Assembly: GCF_009914755.1 (NCBI RefSeq)
Contig: NC_060926.1
Strand: one strand, 5' to 3'
Source: the human T2T-CHM13v2.0 reference genome, Homo sapiens
DNA length: 64,000 nt
Part shown: positions 55,884 through 64,000 of the stretch, one piece after another
Position numbering within the stretch: position 1 is the first letter of the stretch
How the letters are laid out: every line of letters begins with the position of its first letter
Translations under genes and position numbers: made by a program
Notes under the pieces: model-generated
What the model saw: the letters and a program-made list of their open reading frames with translations, nothing else
Databases searched by the model: none
What the model was told of the DNA's origin: nothing

Positions 55884-56646
55884 AAAACACATATCCTTCT
55901 ATACTTTTGATTTTTTATACATCAATAACTCACATTTTCTGAAACCCTAAGGAAAAATTGGATTTGCAGCTGCAAAAACAAATTTATTACTGAGTTACCC
56001 CTTATGTATTAAAATTGTATGCCACCTTGCTGACAGAATTTTACTGAAGTCTTCTAATTTTACTAAGTTAACATTATGTGATACAATTTTAAAAATTACA
56101 TTTACTAGTATTTCCAAAGCTAACAAATAATTTAACAATATTAAATTAATATTCATTTTATGTGTAGCTGAAGATATTTTTTCAAAATCAACTTGTGTAA
56201 AGTAATTAAAAGTTGATGTCAAACCTTAAGATGATGTCAGGATAATGTTCCTTGACTCCTTTCTTCCATAATTCCTACAGGAACATAAAAGGACTCCAAC
56301 TCCATCACCATCAGACATTCAAACACTCAACTACTTTCTAGAATCCAGGAAGAAATTAAAATTACCATAGCTGATAAAACTGTAGTGAGAAACACAATGG
56401 ACTAACCTACATATCTCACCAGAACTAAAACAAAAGCACTAACCATAGAAAAAGGGTAAACACATATTCTCTCTCTCTACCTAACTGCCTCCTGGCTCAG
56501 TAACCCAGGGTCTATGCCAACAGAAAACCAAGAAGTAGGCTCTTCAAGGTATAGGAGCTGGATTTTGAAGCACTTAGTGTGCCGATCCCTCTCAAGTGTC
56601 AGTCCTCCCTGTTCTGTCAATACATTCCCTCCCAAATCAATTCACT

Positions 56647-56933
56647 GGCCAGGCGCATTAGCTCTTGCCTGTAATCTCAACACAGGGAGGCTGAGACAGG
56701 TGGATCACCTGAAGTCAGGAGTTCAAGACCAGCCTGGCCAACACGGTGAAAACCCATCTCTACAAAAAATTCAAAAACTTAGACAGGCATGGTGGTGGGT
56801 GCCTGTAATCCCAGCTACTTGGGAGGCTGAGGCAGGAGAACTGCTTGAACCTGGGAGGTGGGGGTTGCCGTGAGCCGAGATCACATCATTGCACTCCATC
56901 CCGGGCGACAGGGCTATCTCAGAAAAAAAAAAA
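56647..56933 (+). mobile_element. Alu (AluSx/Sz-like)
   Basis: Sense dimeric Alu with poly(A) and TSD aaatcaattcac. Confidence 0.93.
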
Positions 56934-59682
56934 AAATCAATTCACAAACTTCAACTCTGAGCAGGAAATAGGAGTGTAGAAATGGCATGTTACATGCTGA
57001 GAGAGAGTTCTCTCATAGATATATATAAAAGCAAGAATGAGCATAGGAAACCCAATGGCATATGTGCAATGTAGGAATTTGAATCTTGAGGGTAATTTTT
57101 ATTTCCTGTTTAAAAAGTCAAAGTCTGGAAACAAAGTAAAGTAATGGCAAAATCTTAAAGCAGAGTCACAATGAATTAATGTTTGCTAGAAAAACCCCAA
57201 CATTAGTTATAATTTTGGGGTGGTAAAAATTTCAGAATACTCAGCAGAACACCATTCCTTTAGCCCAGAGGACTCTTGTTCTAGATCTCAACTTCTACCC
57301 TTCAGAGATATCTGCAAATGGAAAGATAGTTATATTATCAAACTTCATTGGATAGGTTATTGTATTATGTATCTATTAAAAAAACGAAGATGTTTTATGT
57401 CACCTATCATTTGCTTTTAAATTTATAAAAAATATGGATATAAAAAGTATGTGTAACAGGATATCAATTTTTATTTGCTCTCAAGTTTTATAAAACATAG
57501 GAATATAAAAGTTTATGTGACTTTATAAATGCTTCCATATAAATCCATGTGATAGATATTAATAACATATGAACAGTTTTTTCTGGATGATAAAATAAAG
57601 TTTCATTATTACTTCATATATATAAAATATACGTATTTTCCAAATTGTGATATTTACATAGTATATATAGAAAACATGAATATTTAAGCTAAAAGGCACT
57701 TTGGAGAAGAACAGTCTTGCTTTCTTCTTCAGGGTTGAGAAAACAAAACAGATGGCAGAAAGAAGAACCAAAGTCACATGCATAGTATCTGCAGAGTCAG
57801 AAATGAAACAATGGCCCATCTATCATTTTTATATTGTTTCATACAATATAAAAAATTTAAATGACATAAACATGTAGATTTTCCTACAGTTCGATTCATT
57901 CAAATAGTAATATCCTATCATGGATAGGATCTTAGTCAACAGGGAGCTGACAAATCTTTGTGCATATTCTCGTCATTAATTACACAAAAATTGTGCTGTA
58001 AAAAAGTTTACTATTCAATAGACAGTCTAGTTATCATTTGTTTAACATCGCTGAGAAAAGAATATAGGTAAAAGCTTATGTAGGAACTTTTTCCATGAAC
58101 TTAAGAATGAGTTAACAAAAATCACTAAGCTATTTTACCTTTAAAACCCTCATTGGTGTAATTTGTGATTGTGATTGGTTAGGCAGAGTTCAGCAACCAT
58201 AATAGTTATTGAAGTCTGCACAAAAAATGTTGCTCTAATATGTGCATGTATTTTGCTTGTTTAGTGTATCTACAAATACACCAGTTGTCATAACTAATCA
58301 ATCAGTTTATCTATTAAAAGGTTTTTTAATGTGTTTATTTATGGCTAGTTCTGTCAAGTGTTTGAAATACTGGAAATCAGATTTTCTCACTGAATATAGG
58401 AAGGATTGCAGTTTGAATATAATCATTAAATGACTGAAATCACATAAATCACATTAATATATTTTTTTCTCTTTTTAACCAGTTGAATTAAGCCTCTTTT
58501 ATCATGTATGTTTCTTTACCCCGCTGCTATTAAACAAGGCAATCCTTTTATCTCTTAAATAATTATGGAATTTCAGTGCAGCACTGTGTAATTTGAAGTC
58601 AAGAGCAGCTGAACTCAAATCATATAATAAAAAGCAAAATATATAAATTATGCCATTTAGCAATTATTCAGTGTCCTTATGTCTCATTTTTTAAGTGCAT
58701 AGAAAAGGTGAAATTTGTTCTTTTATAGACAAATTAGTGAAGCAGAGAAAGCTTGTGATAGAAAGCAGCACTACTGGCACCAACCAGGTCTCTCCTGAGT
58801 CTATGCTCACCTCACTCCAAGATACTTGTCTTTTCAATTTTGTTCTCTCTGTGGCCCATCTTGAGACACTAAGATATCACTTATTCTGAGCCTCTTTTAA
58901 GTATATACAAAGGTAATCCAATGTCGTGGTGTAAGTTATATCTCTTTTCTTTTTTCTTAGATGTAGTACTAAGCAGCTACAGTATACATTTCCCTTTAGG
59001 CCTCTTTGCACAGTCGGAATCCTTCTGTCTGCAAACTGTAAGAATATTCCTCTGATTTCCAGTCTCGGAGAACATTACAAGTAGCATTGAATACAGATAA
59101 TTTTGAGTGCTAGCTCCTCATTTAGAGATTATAAAATAACAACAACAACAAAATCAAGACCTAAATTGGTGAACTGTAACTCAGCTGGAAGCATCAATCT
59201 GGAGTTTTTATAGTCCAGAGTGGTTGCTGTTTATTTTAAATTACTTCTTACAGCCAGTTTTCACTCCATGTTCGTCATAAGATTCTAGAAGTATACAACT
59301 ATTCTACATATTGGTATTCTTCACAGTGCTTTATAATAAAATCAGTGCTTAGTAGTCTTCACTAAGTGAAGGAAAGAAAAGGAAATGAATAAAAGACAAA
59401 ATGTATGAAGTTATCTCTCTTCCACAGAAGGTGCCTAAATATGTATCACATTTAGATTAGTCGTTATAAAACAACATATTTCTCACATATCACCTTAGCA
59501 AAATCTCATGTTAGTAAACTCAGAGTGATCTTCTTCATTTACTTTTTGTAAATGTCTAACATAATTTTACAGTTGATTAGCCTGGAGGAGGAAAGAATTG
59601 GAAGGAAAATAATTTAATTAGGGCAGTATATGCTCATTAATTGATACTAAAGCAATTTAAATCAGGAAAGTCATTAATAAGT

Positions 59683-59830
59683 TTTTATTTTTGTTTTTTT
59701 GTTTGTTTGTTTCTAGAGATGGGGTCTCACTATGTTGCCCAGGCTGGACGTGAAGCCCTGGGCTCAAGCAATCTTCCTGCCTTAGCCTCCTGAGTATCTG
59801 GGACTACAGGTGCACACAACTGCACCCAGC
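59683..59830 (-). mobile_element. FLAM (free left Alu monomer)
   Basis: gagatggggtctcactatgttgcccaggctgg...ctgggctcaagcaatc...ctgggactacagg, a single arm. Confidence 0.85.
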
Positions 59831-60111
59831 TCAGGGCCGTAGTTGATGAGACACATGAGAGATCCGAGGGTAATTTTTAAAAAGCAAAGGTAATTAATCG
59901 AAAGACAATTGGAAAAATTAAGTGTTGCCTTTTGTTATCATCACTTTTTGGGGCTATTAACATGCTTAAAAAGTACAAGTTCTTCATAAAATGACAAAAC
60001 TAAACATAGCCTCTGAAAATGACAGGAAATCAAGAAGGCAAAAGATGTATTGTTCAACATCTTAGCATTTTGCTAGAACAAAACAAATTTAGTTAAAAAT
60101 ATATGGCAATA

Positions 60112-60433
60112 ATAAAAAGGAATGAGATCATGTCCTTCGCAGGGACATGGATGAAGCTGGAAGCCATCATCCTCAGCAAACTAACACAGGAACAGAAAAC
60201 CAAACACTGCATGTTCTCACTTATAAGTGGGAACTGAACATTGAGAACACATGGACACAGAGAGGGTAACAACACACACCAGGGCCTGTTGAGGGGTGGG
60301 AGGTGAGGGGAGAGAACTTAGAGGGCAGGTCAATAGGTGCAGCAAACCACCATCAGTATACCTGTGTAACAAACCTGCATGTTCTGCACATGTATCCCAT
60401 TTCTTATTTTTTTTTAGAAGAAATAAAGAATTT
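60112..60433 (+). mobile_element. 5'-truncated L1PA8A-like 3' end
   Basis: L1 3' UTR ending ttttttttagaagaaataaag. TSD taaaaata[t/c]atggcaata at 60094-60111 and 60434-60451. Confidence 0.88.
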
Positions 60434-60451
60434 TAAAAATACATGGCAATA

Positions 60452-61378
60452 TAAGCACATGAGGTTTAACATTGTTAGCCATTGGGACATGAAAATTAAA
60501 ACTATAATAACATTCTACTATGTGCCTATTTGAATTGCTAAAGTAAAAATTACTGACAATGTCAAGTGCTGGAGAATATGTCTGAACAACTAGATCTCTC
60601 ATATATTGCTGGTGAAACTGTACAGCCTCACTCATAAAGTTGGTCATTTTAAAATAAAGTTAAACATGAATTTACCATAGTTACAACAATCACACTCCTA
60701 GGTATTTATCCTAGAAAAATTAAAATTTATGCTCACACACAAAAACCTATAGACAGATTTTCATAGCAGGTTTGTAACAGCCCCAACTAAAAATGATCAA
60801 AATTTTCTTCTAGAGGTGAAGGAATAAATATCATCTGGTACAGCCCCACAGTGGGATACTACTCAGCAATAAAAAGGAATACACCACTGATGTACACAAA
60901 AATGTGAATGGATCTCACGGGCCTTATGCTGACTCGGAAAAAAAAAGCCAATTTCAAAAAGTTTTTAACCATAAAACTATACTTATTAAATACTCTTAAA
61001 GTAAAAAAATACAGTGAAAAAGAACAGATCAGCAGTTGCCAGAAGTTAGAGTCTTGGGAAAGTATGACTCTAACGGGAAATATGAGAATTTTTTTGTGGT
61101 AATGGACATGTTCAATATCTTTATTTTGGTGATGGCAAAATTAATCTATATATATATATAAAATAAGGTTCCAAAGGGCTATATACCAAAAAAGGGTGCA
61201 TGTGAATCTGAATAGTGGTTACAATTAAGAGTATTGAGCCAATAAAAATTTCCTCGTTTTAATAATTTACTATGGCTTTGTAAAATGTTATCATTAGGGA
61301 AAGCAGAATGAGTGGTACAAGAGGAACTTTCTATTAATTTTGCAACTTTTGAGAAATCCTAAATATTTCCAAATAAAC
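60452..61378 (+). mobile_element. Old L1M (L1MC/ME-like) 3' region
   Basis: Degenerate motifs cactcctaggtatttatcctag, atactactcagcaataaaaaggaat, gaacagatcagcagttgccag and ttttgcaactttt...ttccaaataaa. Confidence 0.8.
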
Positions 61379-61826
61379 GGATTAAGTACAATAAAATAGG
61401 AGATTTTATTTCTTCTATCCATCATCTAAAATAGAAGAAAATTAGTGCAAAATTTTTTAAAAAGTTTTCTCCATTACTTTTATTTTCCAATTTAACTGTT
61501 AACCGTTTTTACATATACCTCATGAAACAAACATGGGATCCTTTCAGTACTGCTCATAGTATACAGAAGGCTCATTTTCCTAGTTACTACAGCAGTGAAC
61601 AGTCTTTCTGGGAAGACATGACACACAAACAAAAAAGGATGAGCAAAAAGTAAATTTGTCAAATATCCATCTTCAATTTCTTGCACAATTAATACTTTAT
61701 TTGTAGGTTAATCTGAGGCTACATTATTTTAAAAGAGCTGACAGGAAGGGATAGATAATATCAGAAATAATGAAGTCATTTTTGACGAAAAGACTAGAAT
61801 TCTATCACCAAAATAAATGAAATATT

Positions 61827-62300
61827 GTGAGACAATTCTCTATTGGGTCTCACACTTCCACACCTTTGTAAAGCAAAGGCATTGGCAACTTGCGTTTTGT
61901 ACTATCTTTTCAAGGATTGTTGTATAGCAAATAGCTTGGGAAGATAGAGATAATTTCTCCCTTCAGAGCAGAAGGCAGATTTATTGTCCAACCAGAATAA
62001 TAAAGATACTGCTTCCCTTTAGGGCAAAGTTGTGCTTGTTGCTAACTGTGGCATTAGGAGATGGGTGATTCTTAAACTCAGGATGCTCAGCTATGACACA
62101 AGCTCACTATATGCACAGCACCCACCCGTGTCTACCCCTACGTTGTCCCTTGGGATATGAGAGCAGGGGGAAGTGATTTGCATATATGATAAGTTCTTGC
62201 TGGGAGCTGTATGCTTCGATGAAAGAAGCCATTTGTCTCTGTCCTAACAGACTACAAAACCCTGACAACTTGGCTTAAAAATAGGATGAAATCTCAGATG
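61827..62300 (+). mobile_element. ERVL solo LTR (MER70-like)
   Basis: tgtgagacaattctc..tgggtctc...actatcttttcaagga...ggaagatagagata. Family is from memory and the 3' boundary is approximate. Confidence 0.6.
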
Positions 62301-63805
62301 AAAGGGGTGTGAAGATTATATGGAATTATATAGACTTACTTTGAAATTTCAAGATTCCTTTCTCTTCCTAGGCATATTATGTCTCTCCCTTATAACAGTA
62401 ACCTCAGGCCAGTCTAATCCCCAGGTTGCCACTGGTCCAGAATGAGGATGAGAGGATTACAACTTAAAATGTTTATGAAATATTTTATAAATATGCTTTT
62501 GTCTCTCTTATATCTGACTCTTTCAGACAAAAGGTCTGGATGTGTCACTGCAGAGCAGGAATAAAGTTATAGCTACCCCAGATTTTGTGGAGGTGGAACG
62601 AAAGCAAAAATCCAGAATTTGAAGGAGGGGTAACATTACCCTGGAAGGTATGGGGACGAAAGGAGTATTCATGATCTTTTGTCTTTTAGAACAGTCCCTG
62701 GAGTCTTCCTCCAGAATGCAAACAACCTGGTGCTGCTGTTTATCTTTTCAATGATGTCTGAAAACAAGGGAACCAATGTGAGCCTGCATCTCATACTGCC
62801 TGCGGTACTATGAGTCATAAAGTACTCTATCTTTGACCCAAGTGTATCATATCTTCTTCCAAGACCTAGGAAACTCTGGCAGGCAAGGAAGTTAGCTTGC
62901 AAATAGGATAAAATCTCCAAGTTTTCCCAGTGTTTGATATAAACACAAAATAACTAAAGAGACTTCAGTTTAATTATATTCTGGCTTTCCAAATTGGAAA
63001 TTGAAAATATAGGAATAAAAACAATAATATTGGCATCTAGATGTTTTGTAAACAGTGCTTTCATAGATAGTTTATCAGTGAAGTTCACAAAATATATTAA
63101 CAATGTATATAATATCCCTCCATGCATCCTCTTGGCACTTAATTCATGTAGAATCTGTGGTGGACAGTTAAATATGGGTTTTGATTTTCCAGATGCTTAT
63201 AGTATCTCACTTTGAGCAAACTAAATCTTGTTCATCAGACATGCAGAAGAAGCCAAGACATTAATCTATCAAGGCACTTCTCAACCAATGGAGGAAAGAG
63301 GTTTGTCATCGTCAATCCACAGATACATCACTGTGACAAGCATCCTTTATGCTCAGAAAGTTCCAGGGAGAATCAAGCCTAAGTTTAGTACAGTTGCCTC
63401 AGTAATACTACTTTTCCTTCTTCCTTTGCTCCTCTTCATCCCTCATTCCTGCTTTCTGGTATTACCACACAAATAGACTACCTAAACACAAGTAGTTTTC
63501 TCAAGCTCTTCTTTTGGAAACTACCTAATTTAAAACAAAGGAAACAGCTCATTCACAACAAATATGCTTGGGGTATATATTTATAAACTTTTTTTCTGTC
63601 AAACAATTTCATATATTTCCAAGAACTAAATAAAGGGTTTACACTATAAGATATAATTTGAGTTAATGGCAATAACGTCATTTTACAGTACAAGATGATT
63701 CTACTGACTGATGATCATTTAGACATATGATAATTTGGGAATTTACACTGGATTGCATAAGGAAGATGCCCGGAAAAAGTCAGGATTACAATCTTGGTCT
63801 GGTAC

Positions 63806-64000
63806 TGATAGGGTTTGGCTGTGTCCTCACCCAAATCTCATCTTGAATTGTAGCTCCCATAATTCCCATGTGTTGTGGGAGGGACTTGGTGGGAGATACT
63901 GAATCATGGGGGTGGTTCTCCCATACTGTTCTTATGGTAGTGAATATATCTCATGAGATCTGATTTTATAAAGGGTTTCCCCTTTTATTTGGCTCGCATT
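63806..64000 (+). mobile_element. THE1 (THE1B/C-like) MaLR LTR, running off the window end
   Basis: tgatagggtttggctgtgtcctcacccaaatctcatcttgaattgtagctcccataattccc...tctcatgagatctga. Confidence 0.93.

Noticed and set aside
58940-58962. Strong acceptor-like tract ctcttttcttttttcttag
   Set aside because: An in-frame stop follows quickly and no paired donor is evident. Such tracts are common in AT-rich DNA.

Overview
This is 64 kb of AT-rich primate (most likely human or great ape) non-coding DNA, either intergenic or deep intronic. I found no protein-coding gene, CpG island or intact RNA gene. The ORF track is explained by Alu, L1 and LTR translations plus chance ORFs. The window is a mosaic of Alus, L1 fragments of many ages, ERV/MaLR solo LTRs, Tigger-family DNA transposons, MIR/L2 relics and microsatellites. 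The main discovery is at 21654-23553. A 5'-truncated L1PA element carries at its 5' junction, inside the same target-site duplication (TSD) and in the ANTISENSE orientation, the 5' half of tRNA-Thr(UGU), from the mature G1 to the anticodon loop. This fits twin priming in trans on a tRNA rather than the sense-oriented U6/L1 type of chimera. Four other L1 insertions of different ages show ordinary 5' inversions with TSDs. There are also three small template-switch scars, a three-level nested transposon and an AT-rich ~35-bp minisatellite. Repeat subfamily names come from recalled consensus sequences, not a database search, and should be confirmed with RepeatMasker/Dfam.
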